This document shows, in pieces, positions 11,164-24,450 of a stretch of 58,285 nt of DNA; within the stretch, counting starts at the first letter, position 1; each line of letters begins with the position of its first letter. Source of the stretch: Candidatus Thorarchaeota archaeon. Its GTDB lineage: Archaea; Asgardarchaeota; Thorarchaeia; Thorarchaeales; Thorarchaeaceae. A program made the position numbers and the translations under genes. The notes beneath the pieces are model-generated. The model ran no database searches. It saw only the letters and a list, made by a program, of their open reading frames with translations, and had not been told where the DNA came from. The stretch is taken from positions 1 through 58,285 of the forward strand of contig RDOC01000008.1 in the NCBI GenBank assembly GCA_011364985.1, read 5' to 3'.

Positions 11164-11685
11164 GTGCCCAACTCAAAGCCTGACGCGAATAAGGTTCCAT
11201 TGGAAAAAAAGAAGGAACAAGCTCGAAAACGCACTAGGGCTATTCGTGAGAATGCCATCTTCTCGCGTAAGAAGCGTCAGAGTATCTTGACTCCTGGAGT
11301 CAAAATCATGGGTGGTTCTTTATTCGACAATGATGTAGATACACCTAAAGAACGTCAAGAGCTGGAAGAAGCTGTTGCATCTTACGTTCTCAGAAGAGGA
11401 GGGTTTGAAATCACAGAGGAGTCCTCAACGGACACACTCTCCAAGAGACGCGACAGCAAAGACGTGATGAACGTAATGATCGCTAGAATCGCAGGATTCG
11501 ACGAGCGATGGGGACTTGACAGGAAGTTTCTCAGGGAATCCATACATGCGCATCGTTTCGAAGATAAGAGCATAGTCGAGTACACCTTGGAAAGCTATGG
11601 TGGTTACGTGAGTCGAACTTACTACGTTGTCGATGGTCTCATTTTTCGAGCCTTTGCCCAGCACAATTTTCGCAAGGATCAGTGA
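11164..11685 (+). CDS. Hypothetical protein
   Basis: 173-aa ORF with basic N-terminus. Confidence 0.5.
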   Translation: MPNSKPDANKVPLEKKKEQARKRTRAIRENAIFSRKKRQSILTPGVKIMGGSLFDNDVDTPKERQELEEAVASYVLRRGGFEITEESSTDTLSKRRDSKDVMNVMIARIAGFDERWGLDRKFLRESIHAHRFEDKSIVEYTLESYGGYVSRTYYVVDGLIFRAFAQHNFRKDQ

Positions 11686-11821
11686 GTTCAGGGCTCTTTC
11701 TTGGTATTCCTTTTGACAGGGAACTTCTTCCTTTCATCTGCATGATTATACAGAAGCTTGAAACAGCTCACTTATCAGGAGCTGAAAACAGGACGAGTTC
11801 GGAACAAAAGAAAGGCAGTCG

Positions 11822-12472
11822 TTGGTCAGGAGCATGAAGAACTACCTTGCCGTATTGCTGCAAGTGGTGGGTTTTGTCACGTTTATTTTGGCCTCTTCCT
11901 TTGGATATACATTGGGAAACATCACATGGTTTCGCGAATCGAGTTTTGTATTTTCTACTTACTTGCAGTATGATTCGATGATGATGAATACCTTCCTAGT
12001 GATGATTGGTTCTCTGTTCCTTTCTGTTAGTCTTCTCTTGCAATGTAACGGTCTTATGGAGTGGGGAGTTTTTGGAGGAGTGGTGTTTTTCGCATCGTTT
12101 CTGGTTGGTGTTTCGCGAATCGCTTTATTTCCTCCAAATTGGGGTGTTCCAGGAAGTGGATTTCTACTGGAGATGTTGATTCCTTTTGAAGCACTATTCC
12201 TTACTGCAACTGGGTTGACCCTATTCGGACTACTCTGCTTTGGGTTTCATCACAGAACCGTTTCTCGAATCAGTCTTTCTCGTTCGCTTACACTATTCCT
12301 TATGATTTCAGTTCTATTCGTTGTATTAATGGCTATTCGAGGCGCTATTCTAATATCAGGTGCTCACGGTGCCATCCCCTATCCTGTCCTCAGTGAATGC
12401 TCCATTCTCCTATTTCTGCCATATTCTATTGGACTGATAATGGCTTCTCTTGGTCTCTATGAAGCGAAATGA
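11822..12472 (+). CDS. Hypothetical multi-pass membrane protein
   Basis: About six hydrophobic segments. Confidence 0.6.
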   Translation: MVRSMKNYLAVLLQVVGFVTFILASSFGYTLGNITWFRESSFVFSTYLQYDSMMMNTFLVMIGSLFLSVSLLLQCNGLMEWGVFGGVVFFASFLVGVSRIALFPPNWGVPGSGFLLEMLIPFEALFLTATGLTLFGLLCFGFHHRTVSRISLSRSLTLFLMISVLFVVLMAIRGAILISGAHGAIPYPVLSECSILLFLPYSIGLIMASLGLYEAK

Positions 12473-12622
12473 CTGTATTTTGGCACAGTTCATCATTGGC
12501 AGCTGATCTTAGGCTACTATTATGATTGCTGATTGATGTAATAAACGATATTTCATTAGCGGAAACTATTCACCAAAATATTTACTAATTTTGAGAGAAA
12601 AGTTTAATAAAATCCGGGCGAC

Positions 12623-14026
12623 ATGCAGCATAGAGGGAATATGCCTGCTGAAAGAATAGATGACAACCAGACTGCCGACTCCTTGCTTATTTACAATGAG
12701 GGCCTCGCACATCTCTTGGGCGCATTTGCAAACGAGACACGTCTTCGGATTCTCTCAACGCTCCTTAGAAGAAGGCAGGAATTCGCTGATTTGCAGGGTT
12801 GTGTTGGAATAAGCAAGACTGCTCTGGCAAAGCATCTCAATGTACTTGTTTCTGCCGGGGCCATTCAGCGAGTGGGACGAGGAACATATCAAATAACGAA
12901 CGATGCGGCAGATTCCCTCAGAAGCATATGTCAAACCTACCTATGGTCTAGGGAACGAAGGCTCTCGGATGCGGTACGAAGAGTGAAACTCTATTCGCTG
13001 GCCAGTAAGGAGGAGAGACAAGAAATGAAGAAGTATGAGGTAAAGAAAAAAGCAGAGATTCTGCCGACGTGGATATCCTATGTGGGTGCGACAACGGGGG
13101 TCCTTAACTCACTTGGCATTGACGTGGACCGTGCTGATGTTGCGGGTTACACCGGTTATGCTTTCGTTGTGAATGTAAGCAAAGAAGGTACATGCCCCTC
13201 GGGGCCAACTGCTCATGATGCCTTCTTTGAGTTTCCGAGGGGCTTTGAAGCCCTTGGATGGAAAGTGGATTTCAGTCACAAACAAGTTGAAGGGTGCGGC
13301 TTTGAAGCTGGGAAAGTTCTTACTGACGGGCAAAAGGAACTGGCCCTCGACCATTACAAGGAAGTGTCCAAAAACCTGCGTCTTACGGAGCGTCCTGTTG
13401 TGATTTGGGGCGCACCAATCCCGGAGTTTTCAATTGTCAATGGTGTAGACGATGGAAAGTATATCGTCAGTTCGTTTAGAAGTCATGTGGGCCAACCTGA
13501 TGATCCATTGAATTATGATCAATTGCAGGCGCCGGGAGGAGTGATGCTAATCTCCTTCAAAGAACAAGTGAAGAAACCTGATGTGGCAAAGGCGGATTTT
13601 GAGGCACTCGATCGAGCCATTGACATTGCCAAGGGCAAATACGTCGAGGACTTTGGATACGTAATGGGCCCTAATGCATTCGAGGTCTGGGCAAAGAATC
13701 TCACGACTAAAGATGCCTTGTATGGAGGCAATGCCTATGTCGGTGTATGTACTCAGGAAGCATTTGCTTGGGCGGAGATGTTTCTCTCAAGAATGGCAAA
13801 ACGATACAAAGGCAAGGCTCAATCCAAGTTCTTGGATGCTGCCGCCAAATCATTTGACAAGGCGCAGAAAATCATGGATGACTTTACAAAGCTGTTTCCA
13901 TTCTCTTGGGAGCGCGAGTTTCAGAATGGTGACCGAGAATCGGGAGCAAAGATGCTGTTGGAAACAAGGCATTATTTCGAACAGGCCATATCTAATATGG
14001 AGAAAGCTCATACCGAATGGGACTAG
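12623..14026 (+). CDS. ArsR-type wHTH regulator fused to a BtrH-like domain
   Basis: ANETRLRIL...SKTALAKHLNVLVSAGAI; then DVAGYTGYAF, TCPSGP, PVVIWG. Confidence 0.7.
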   Translation: MQHRGNMPAERIDDNQTADSLLIYNEGLAHLLGAFANETRLRILSTLLRRRQEFADLQGCVGISKTALAKHLNVLVSAGAIQRVGRGTYQITNDAADSLRSICQTYLWSRERRLSDAVRRVKLYSLASKEERQEMKKYEVKKKAEILPTWISYVGATTGVLNSLGIDVDRADVAGYTGYAFVVNVSKEGTCPSGPTAHDAFFEFPRGFEALGWKVDFSHKQVEGCGFEAGKVLTDGQKELALDHYKEVSKNLRLTERPVVIWGAPIPEFSIVNGVDDGKYIVSSFRSHVGQPDDPLNYDQLQAPGGVMLISFKEQVKKPDVAKADFEALDRAIDIAKGKYVEDFGYVMGPNAFEVWAKNLTTKDALYGGNAYVGVCTQEAFAWAEMFLSRMAKRYKGKAQSKFLDAAAKSFDKAQKIMDDFTKLFPFSWEREFQNGDRESGAKMLLETRHYFEQAISNMEKAHTEWD

Positions 14027-14060
14027 TCTCTCTAGCCAAAGCTCGAAGAAAGCAGAATTC

Positions 14061-14336
14061 CTAAAGGACGCCTCCCCAGAAGGTCACTATGTACATGGCC
14101 TCACTTGGAAAGTAGACGAGGGCTACAAAGGGTAGTCTGACCACGTTCTTTGGTACTTCATCTAGGGGCATTGATTCACCCAAGTAGTTGTACATCATAT
14201 CGCCTTCTCCTAAAGCGTCTATCACAACGGCAATCGCAGAGTCATCTGTCATCCAGGGCGCCCATGCGAGGATTGTTCCAAATACGACTATTCCTATTAT
14301 CAGAATGGCCTTGGTTTTAGAAAGGTGTGGTGTCAA
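14061..14336 (-). CDS. Small hypothetical membrane protein
   Basis: N-terminal TM, 91 aa. Confidence 0.5.
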   Translation of the reverse strand: MTPHLSKTKAILIIGIVVFGTILAWAPWMTDDSAIAVVIDALGEGDMMYNYLGESMPLDEVPKNVVRLPFVALVYFPSEAMYIVTFWGGVL

Positions 14337-14487
14337 GCTCTTGTTTCCTCTCGTTCTTCGCGCTTTTGTTCTATGTTGAGCAACGGTTTCTAATCTGCCT
14401 TTTCATCCAAGGAGTTCCAAGCCTCTTCTGCCGCATATCATTCAATTGACAAGGCTTTTACTAAGGCATGTCAGCTTAGAGGTCATT

Positions 14488-14907
14488 ATGAAGAGTCATA
14501 CCAAGTACCTAACATTTAACGTTCCAGCACGAATGGACTTCGTTCACATTACCCACCAAGTGCAAGAGATGGTGGCTGAGAGCGGCGTAAAAGAGGGTCT
14601 GTGCCTCGTCAATGCGATGCATATCACCGCCAGTGTCTTCATAAACGATAACGAGAGTGGACTTCACTCCGACTACAAGCGCTGGCTTGAGGAGCTCGCA
14701 CCACATCAGCCAATTTCTCGTTATCAACACAATCGTACCGGTGAGGATAATGGTGATGCACATCACAAACGACAGATTATGGGGCGCGAAGTTGTTATCG
14801 CAGTCACCAATGGCAGACTTGACCTCGGTCCATGGGAGGCTATTTTCTATGGCGAGTTCGATGGTCATCGCCCGAAGCGAATTCTGATTAAGGTTATTGG
14901 CGAGTAA
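14488..14907 (+). CDS. yjbQ: YjbQ/UPF0047 family protein
   Basis: [40 protein letters not shown]. Confidence 0.9.
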   Translation: MKSHTKYLTFNVPARMDFVHITHQVQEMVAESGVKEGLCLVNAMHITASVFINDNESGLHSDYKRWLEELAPHQPISRYQHNRTGEDNGDAHHKRQIMGREVVIAVTNGRLDLGPWEAIFYGEFDGHRPKRILIKVIGE

Positions 14908-14980
14908 GTAGAATCGGTTTGGTTGGATGTCAAATCCTCCCTGAGAAAAGCAAATGATGCAATCGATATAACTTAGCCAG

Positions 14981-17580
<2,600 letters not shown>

Positions 17581-18936
17581 TCAATCCTTTCTAAGTACAT
17601 CCTCCCAATGAACACAGACTGACTCTGTGATCTCGCGAGCTCGACCAATGTAGTCAGAGGAGTTTTCGATCATATGTCGTTCTCGAATCGGGCGTGTTTC
17701 CAACACACTTCTAAATGATTCGGTTGACTGAAGCATCGTCGCAAACGAAATTCCCTTCTGACGAGCTTCCGCAACCATTTCTCGTACTGTCTGGTGTGCA
17801 TTATCATCACCACTTAAGGCGAGTATTATGTATGCAGGCTCTGCAAGCTCAAAACCGCTATTTGCTGTGAAATTCTTTCTCATGCGTTCTTCGTCAAATT
17901 CCACTTTTTCAAGAAGACCTGTAGCTCGTCTAACGCAGTAGAGGAATGTGTTCAGGATTTCTGCTAGAAGGTATCTATTTGCAGCCGAGTCAGTCAGGTC
18001 TCGTTGATGTTCCGAAATCAGATTGAGGTAGGCAGTGATAAGTCTTGGAATGATCAGCTTATAGTGAGAAACTATATTCTCCCAACCAACAGGATTTCTC
18101 TTCTGTGGCATAGTGGATGAGCCCACCTGCCGGTTTGCAGTGCTCTCAAAGACCTCACCAATTTCTGTTCGTTGGAGCTGACGGAAATCATTTGCCAGGT
18201 CTGTGATTGTACCTAGACACATCAGGAGCTGGCTGTAGAAATTCGCGAGCTCTTCCTGATTCGCAATCTGTGTAGGTGCTTCCACACGCACCAGTCCAAG
18301 TTGTGCCAATGCTTCTGCTTCAAGCTTCTCAGAGTTTCCGACCAAGTCCAATCCCGCTCTTGTTCCCACAGCTCCTCCCAGCTTTCCTCTGAACTCAGCC
18401 TGGGCCCTCTCAATACGCAGAAGACCTCTCCCGATACGTTCGATGTGATTGGCAATTGCATAACCGAAAGTAGTTGGTTCCGCATGCTGTCCATGCGTTC
18501 TCCCCATCTGTACAAGTCCAGCGTGTTTGCGAGCAAGTTGGATGAGACTTCTGAGTAAGTCTCTCAGAGCAGGTAGCAGAAGGTTATCGCTGACCTCCCG
18601 AATCAACAGAGCATTTGCAGTCACGTTGATGTCAGCCGAGGTTAGCCCAAGATGACAGAAGGGTTTCGCAGAAGGTGACACCTGTTCTTTCAGAGCTTCA
18701 ACCATTGCTTTTACATCATGTTTCAGCTCTGATTCGATTTCGGATACTCGCTCAAAAGTGACTGCTGGCTCTGCCTTCTCGTACTCATCAAGAATATTCC
18801 TTGAACAGATGCCAAGCTTTGAAAGCGCAGTGATATACGCCATCTCAACTCTAAGTTGGTATTGAAGCAGTGCTGTTGGAGAGAGATACTCCTCAAGGGC
18901 TTTAATCTCATATCGGTAGTCAATGGGATGAATCAT
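17581..18936 (-). CDS. purB: Adenylosuccinate lyase
   Basis: GRTHGQHA, GSSTMPQKRNP, HQRDLTDS; likely start ATG 18936. Confidence 0.95.
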   Translation of the reverse strand: MIHPIDYRYEIKALEEYLSPTALLQYQLRVEMAYITALSKLGICSRNILDEYEKAEPAVTFERVSEIESELKHDVKAMVEALKEQVSPSAKPFCHLGLTSADINVTANALLIREVSDNLLLPALRDLLRSLIQLARKHAGLVQMGRTHGQHAEPTTFGYAIANHIERIGRGLLRIERAQAEFRGKLGGAVGTRAGLDLVGNSEKLEAEALAQLGLVRVEAPTQIANQEELANFYSQLLMCLGTITDLANDFRQLQRTEIGEVFESTANRQVGSSTMPQKRNPVGWENIVSHYKLIIPRLITAYLNLISEHQRDLTDSAANRYLLAEILNTFLYCVRRATGLLEKVEFDEERMRKNFTANSGFELAEPAYIILALSGDDNAHQTVREMVAEARQKGISFATMLQSTESFRSVLETRPIRERHMIENSSDYIGRAREITESVCVHWEDVLRKD

Positions 18937-19199
18937 CAGTTCTTCCTCCGTCGTGAAGCCGAAGCGGCTCCATTTTGGAATTACTAGATAGGAGTAATCT
19001 AAGTCCCTAGAAAAAGGGTTCGAAATACCAGAGCGATATCTATGGAATTGGACACCATAGAACAATAAGTAACTAAAAGAATTGTAGAACTACACATACC
19101 AGATTGTTCTTGCTGCCAGTTGTTTCTTGAGTGCATCCAAATGGTGGCCTGAGTTAACCTTTTGTGACAAAAATCCATACCAGTTAGCATACAGTATCG

Positions 19200-19439
19200 G
19201 TGGTGTTGTATTTGACAAATGAAGTCATCGTATTGATCACAGTAGAGGCAGGCATGGTTAGCGACGCCGCTACTGCAATTAGAGAGATTGATGGCGTTCA
19301 GAAGATCTACATTGTTACTGGTCCCTTCGACATTGTAGTAATAGCTGAGATTCCTGAACGTTCTAAATTCAGAGGTCTCGTTGACAGTATCCACGAAGCA
19401 CCTGGAATCAATCGAACTGAGACCTGTATAGCTATCTAG
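19200..19439 (+). CDS. Lrp/AsnC ligand-binding domain protein
   Basis: VTGPFDIVV...RTETCI stand-alone RAM-domain pattern. Confidence 0.85.
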   Translation: MVLYLTNEVIVLITVEAGMVSDAATAIREIDGVQKIYIVTGPFDIVVIAEIPERSKFRGLVDSIHEAPGINRTETCIAI

Positions 19440-19547
19440 ACATCATAATTGCATCGAAATATTGGGATACGTATTCCATATCTGACGATTCTTTTGAAAT
19501 CCCATCTTGGATTGAAGTTTTAAGTACGGAACACCTTCTAGCGAATC

Positions 19548-20348
19548 ATGGGGTCCATGAGAGTCTTACCCACTGAATTCACTGTCGCAGATGAAACAAT
19601 TCGAGGGGACTTCGTTCTACCAAATGGTGATGGTCCTTTTCCCGGGATCTGCAAGTTTCATGGTCTTCCGGGAGGTCCGGATCAAGTCAGCGGAATTGCC
19701 ACAAGATTAGCTCAAACCGGCTTTGCAGTCTTGACCTTTGACTTCAGAGGATTCAGGAAGAGCGAGGGCCTCTTTCGTCTTGCAGGCGAGATTGAGGATG
19801 CCAAGGCTGCAATTACTCATCTTTTGGAGTGCAGTCTTACTGTGGATTCCTGGGCTGGAGTTTATGGGGCTAGCTACGGAGGAGCCGTTGCAGTATGCGT
19901 GGCAGCTCAGGACCCTCGTATTGATACGCTTTGTCTTAGAGCACCAGTATATGACACCCTATGGTTTGCAGAATCGCCTATGATTGGTCCTGCAGTGAAT
20001 CATATGTTTGAAACCGGCTCTTCGCAGATACATGGCATTGAAGATCCCACGACCCTACATCAAATCCTCGCATTGATGGTGGACGACGCAAGGACCTATA
20101 ATCCCATTAACGAGGTGTCCAAGATATCTCCTCGGCCAATCTTGGTTGTTCATGGTAGTGATGATTCTGATATTGATTTGGTCGGTGTGAAACGCCTATA
20201 TGGACTCGCAGGTGACCCAAAAGAGCTGATCATAGTTGATGGCGCAGACCATAAGCTCACCAACCCCGCTGCATATGAAATGACAGTAACGACAGTGATT
20301 GGCTGGTTCATGAAGCAATGGAACCAAAGCCGCAGTGAGGTTCAGTAG
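19548..20348 (+). CDS. Alpha/beta hydrolase
   Basis: FDFRG.RKSEG, GASYGG nucleophile elbow, VHGSDD, GADH. Confidence 0.88.
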   Translation: MGSMRVLPTEFTVADETIRGDFVLPNGDGPFPGICKFHGLPGGPDQVSGIATRLAQTGFAVLTFDFRGFRKSEGLFRLAGEIEDAKAAITHLLECSLTVDSWAGVYGASYGGAVAVCVAAQDPRIDTLCLRAPVYDTLWFAESPMIGPAVNHMFETGSSQIHGIEDPTTLHQILALMVDDARTYNPINEVSKISPRPILVVHGSDDSDIDLVGVKRLYGLAGDPKELIIVDGADHKLTNPAAYEMTVTTVIGWFMKQWNQSRSEVQ

Positions 20349-20760
20349 ATTGGCAGCACGATTACTAGACTTCCTCATAATCTACGCTTTTTTCCTGAAT
20401 ATTCATCCGCACAAGTGAAGACATCTGGATCCACACCGACCAGAATTGAGATTAAAGAAAATGACAACAAAGCTTTGGTCTAATCTTTATCCCTATTTCA
20501 AGGGAACTGCCTAACTCTTCTTTGGTGAGGATTGCAACGTGACTCTAACTAAGAAAGAATCGCCATTTCGATGACAATTGCCCAGTTGTGATGCTGCTGA
20601 AGGATAGGTCTCTTGGTGGAAATGGAATTCTTAATCTTCTTGTCGGACACTTATCAGCCTCTCTGTGATGCTGTTTCTGACGAGGCTAAGTAGGACTTGG
20701 CGTCGATGATCTCCTTGATGGCTGTCAACTGATCTGTGGACTATATCGCGTCCACATTTG

Positions 20761-21348
20761 TTAGAAAATAAAGGCTAATTGAGAGGGGCATGTTGTTAGG
20801 ATGTGCTCCGCTGAGCCGTGCCAAGTGACCAGAATTCTGGAGTAGAGGTGTGTTCCCTTCCCAACCGACCCAGGCGTAAGTGGTGTTTCTCTAGAATGTG
20901 TGTACTTTATCATAACGCTCTCGCTTGGGTTGATTAGAGGGCATTGCTCCGACTCCTCTACTGGATTCAAGTTGAGCGTAACAAGGGGTGTTATAGTACC
21001 GTTGAAATAGATGGTGAGACGCAGGGCATCAAATCCTTCCACAGCAAAATCCCCATTATTCGTTATATTCACCTGAACGTAAACACGTAAGGGATCGCCC
21101 TTTCGGCTAGGTTCCTCTGGTCCGACGATGTTAGGCATGAAGTCTATCGAGTAGTCTGCGGTAGCCCAAACCTCAATTTTGTCGTAGGTCACGGCCTCTA
21201 GTTCATTGCTTGGAAGAGCTTCCGGGGGTGGGATCTGTGAAGGCTCTAGGTTCAGAATACTAAATCCAACAACCGCATCTCCTAATCCAACAATGGCAAT
21301 TATGATTACAATCGCCATCACATTCTTCTTCTGCAAGGTTCTTCCCAT
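20761..21348 (-). CDS. Hypothetical secreted or membrane-anchored protein
   Basis: N-terminal hydrophobic segment, beta-rich body. Confidence 0.6.
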   Translation of the reverse strand: MGRTLQKKNVMAIVIIIAIVGLGDAVVGFSILNLEPSQIPPPEALPSNELEAVTYDKIEVWATADYSIDFMPNIVGPEEPSRKGDPLRVYVQVNITNNGDFAVEGFDALRLTIYFNGTITPLVTLNLNPVEESEQCPLINPSESVMIKYTHSRETPLTPGSVGKGTHLYSRILVTWHGSAEHILTTCPSQLAFIF

Positions 21349-21437
21349 AGAAGATTAGACGGAATTCGGATATAATACCAGAGATTAGAACACACCAATC
21401 TGAAACTCGGCAACGCAGATCATTGAATCAAAAGCGT

Positions 21438-21746
21438 TCAAACAGGGATGTATTTGAACAGACTCTCTCTACAATCAGCCTTCATTGCTTGCACAACTGC
21501 TCTGCCGTCATGTTTGGTGACTTTGAGCAATTCATCTTCGAAGCGAAGCGTGAATTCCTCGCCCTCCTCCATGCTTCTTAGAACGATCTCTCCCATTGGC
21601 CCATTGAGATACTTCCCATACGCTCTTGCCATTTGAATAAGCACAAGGTCTTCTTCCTCTTGCTGGTCCAGCAGAAAGTACTTGCCATAAACTTTCCTTA
21701 TGACATACTGCTTCACGCTGGGATCCTCCTCTCTGGTTCGTGACAT
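21438..21746 (-). CDS. Hypothetical protein
   Basis: 102-aa ORF with upstream GGAGG. Confidence 0.55.
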   Translation of the reverse strand: MSRTREEDPSVKQYVIRKVYGKYFLLDQQEEEDLVLIQMARAYGKYLNGPMGEIVLRSMEEGEEFTLRFEDELLKVTKHDGRAVVQAMKADCRESLFKYIPV

Positions 21747-22059
21747 AACCGTGCCTCCACTCTCATATGTTACCTCAATATTACATAACCTCCTCTTAAA
21801 TCAAGTTGAGACGTTTTCTTGTATCTTTACAAACAGTGGAATGTCCTTTTACAGAAAGCTCGAATGATTTACAGACCGGTTGAGGCTTTTTTTGAAGACA
21901 AGTTGGGAATCTTGAATGTAGGGCCTGATTAATAAGCCTCTGTGACATACCACCTACACCGTCGCGAGAAAGATCGGACACAGCAACGACCGGGCTCTTC
22001 GAGAATTATATCATAATTCTTGACCGGTTGACAGTGTTTGCCGCATTGGAGAGAGGATC

Positions 22060-24390
22060 ATGCACAACAAGGACAAGTTGGGTCTGCTAGGAATTTCGTG
22101 TGCTCTTTTCCTAGTATTGCTGACCGCTGCAGCATATGCTCCTGCCATAGATTGCACTGGTATCAGCTACAATGGGAAACCGAATTCTCCACTGATGTTC
22201 AATGTCCTCTTCCTTGAGTCGGGACCGCCGGGGGCATATGATGATAGCTACACCACTTTGGAGGACACCCCATTGTCTGTTGGTGCTCCTGGTGTCCTTG
22301 CAAATGATATTGGCGACGGTACCCTCTCTGCAATCATTGATACTGCTCCATCCCATGGAGTTGCTACGCTGAATGAGGATGGTTCTTTTGAATACGTTCC
22401 TCTGCCTGACTTCTATGGGATTGATTCATTCACATACGAGGCTTCAGACGGAATCGAAGGGAGCAGCATCGCTAGTGTAATCATTACTGTTGATGCTGTT
22501 AATGATGTTCCACTGGCAAATGAAGATGGCTACCTCATTTATGAGGACCAGTCGCTAGACGTACCTGCACCTGGAGTTCTTGGAAACGATTGGGATGTAG
22601 ATGGCGATCCCCTGACTGCTTACGAGGCCACAGACCCCTCTCACGGTCTTCTGACTTTCTCTTCCGATGGTGGATTCACTTATCAGCCATATGCGAATTG
22701 GTATGGGACAGACTTCTTTGTTTATTCGGTGACTGACAATACCGCAGTGAGCAATCTTGTAACTGTGGCAATTGATGTGATTCCTGTCAATGATGTACCA
22801 CTGACTCAGGATGATTCTGCACTTACAGATGAGGACTCATCAGTAGTTATCGATGTGCTTGCAAACGATACAGATATCGACAATGATATTCTCCACGTTA
22901 TTTCAACAACTGAACCATTGCACGGTGCAGTCGAAATCAATACTGACGGCACGGTGACATACTATCCAGAGGCAAACTACTACGGCTTTGACTCCTTCAC
23001 ATATACAATCGACGATGGATATGGCGGCACTGATACCGGAAGGGTGACTATCATGCTAAACCCCGTGAACGATCCTCCTATGGCTGTTGACGACACTTAT
23101 GAAACCAATCAAGACAACCCACTGCTTGTGCTAGCGCCGGGTGTCCTAGGGAATGATAGCGATATCGATCATAACCAACTCACAGGCATACTAGTCGAGT
23201 CACCGTCAAATGGTGTTATCGTGTTCAATTCGGATGGTTTCTTTGAGTACACCCCTAATCCGGGATGGAATGGCATTGATACATTCACGTATCAGGCATT
23301 TGATGGGACTAATCATGGAAACACAGCCACAGTGACCATTACTGTTATACCTGCCAACACTCCGCCTGTTGCATTTGATGATGTCTATGTTGCTGAGGCA
23401 TGCGGTACACTAATCGTATCGAGTTTTGGTGTCTTAGAGAATGACTTCGATAATGAAGGCGATTCTCTTGAGGCTCTCCTGATCGATGCACCACTGAATG
23501 GTATTCTGACTTTCAACGTCAATGGCTCATTTACATATGCTCCTGATGCAGGATGGTATGGAACTGATACTTTCACATACCAAGCATATGATGGGCTGGA
23601 ATACAGCAATATGGCTACTGTAACTATAACCGTAGTAGATGTAGCACCTCCGGTAACAACCATCAGCCTCTCTGGAGATGAGGGAAAATATGGCTGGTAT
23701 CACTCTGACGTAAAGATGACGCTGTTGGCGACTGATGATTGTTCAGGCGTAGCTGAAACAATGTATAGTCTTGATGGCATAACATGGATAACTTACGCTG
23801 ATCCATTTGTCCTTTCAGAGCCGGGCGAGTTCACGGTCTACTGCTACTCCGTAGACTTGGCTGGAAACTTGGAGGAGACAGTGACCTGTACAATAAAGAT
23901 TGGGAAGCCCACACGTGACTTCGTAAGCGGGACGGGCTGGATTTGGAATGCCAATGGTGAGAAAGCATACTTCACATTTGTCGTTAAGTACCATCGACAC
24001 GGTGATTTGAAGGGACATACATTCTATTCCTTTGAAGATGGCAAGTATGCATACTTGCTGGTCTGCACAGACTGGATTGGCTTGGCCATTAGCGATGGCT
24101 ATGCACTGATGGAAGGCAAGTGCTTCCTTCTCCGATACAGCTGCGAAACCAGAGAGCTGAACTGCCTTTGCGACTACTACTTCAGAATTGAAGTCTGGGA
24201 CAACGGCAGAGGAAGACACGACATCTTTAGAATTCAGATTTATGACGAGACCGGTGCACTCTTTCATGAGGCTGGTTTTGACCCACTCGGTGAGCTACAA
24301 GGTGGCAACATAAGTATCCACGATCCACGTCCGAAGTGCATATGCAAGGGCTGGTTCAAGAGACATCACTGGCATCGACATCACTGGTAG
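22060..24390 (+). CDS. Secreted tandem cadherin/Ig-like (tandem-95/Big_9) repeat protein
   Basis: Signal peptide; five ~95-aa repeats with VND.P.A.DD, GVL.ND.D, HG.L..DG.FTY.P...G.D.FTY. Confidence 0.88.
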   Translation: MHNKDKLGLLGISCALFLVLLTAAAYAPAIDCTGISYNGKPNSPLMFNVLFLESGPPGAYDDSYTTLEDTPLSVGAPGVLANDIGDGTLSAIIDTAPSHGVATLNEDGSFEYVPLPDFYGIDSFTYEASDGIEGSSIASVIITVDAVNDVPLANEDGYLIYEDQSLDVPAPGVLGNDWDVDGDPLTAYEATDPSHGLLTFSSDGGFTYQPYANWYGTDFFVYSVTDNTAVSNLVTVAIDVIPVNDVPLTQDDSALTDEDSSVVIDVLANDTDIDNDILHVISTTEPLHGAVEINTDGTVTYYPEANYYGFDSFTYTIDDGYGGTDTGRVTIMLNPVNDPPMAVDDTYETNQDNPLLVLAPGVLGNDSDIDHNQLTGILVESPSNGVIVFNSDGFFEYTPNPGWNGIDTFTYQAFDGTNHGNTATVTITVIPANTPPVAFDDVYVAEACGTLIVSSFGVLENDFDNEGDSLEALLIDAPLNGILTFNVNGSFTYAPDAGWYGTDTFTYQAYDGLEYSNMATVTITVVDVAPPVTTISLSGDEGKYGWYHSDVKMTLLATDDCSGVAETMYSLDGITWITYADPFVLSEPGEFTVYCYSVDLAGNLEETVTCTIKIGKPTRDFVSGTGWIWNANGEKAYFTFVVKYHRHGDLKGHTFYSFEDGKYAYLLVCTDWIGLAISDGYALMEGKCFLLRYSCETRELNCLCDYYFRIEVWDNGRGRHDIFRIQIYDETGALFHEAGFDPLGELQGGNISIHDPRPKCICKGWFKRHHWHRHHW

Positions 24391-24450
24391 ATGTTGGGTT
24401 TCATGCCATTCGGTCGACTACAAATGTTCCGCTCACTTAATGAATACCAT

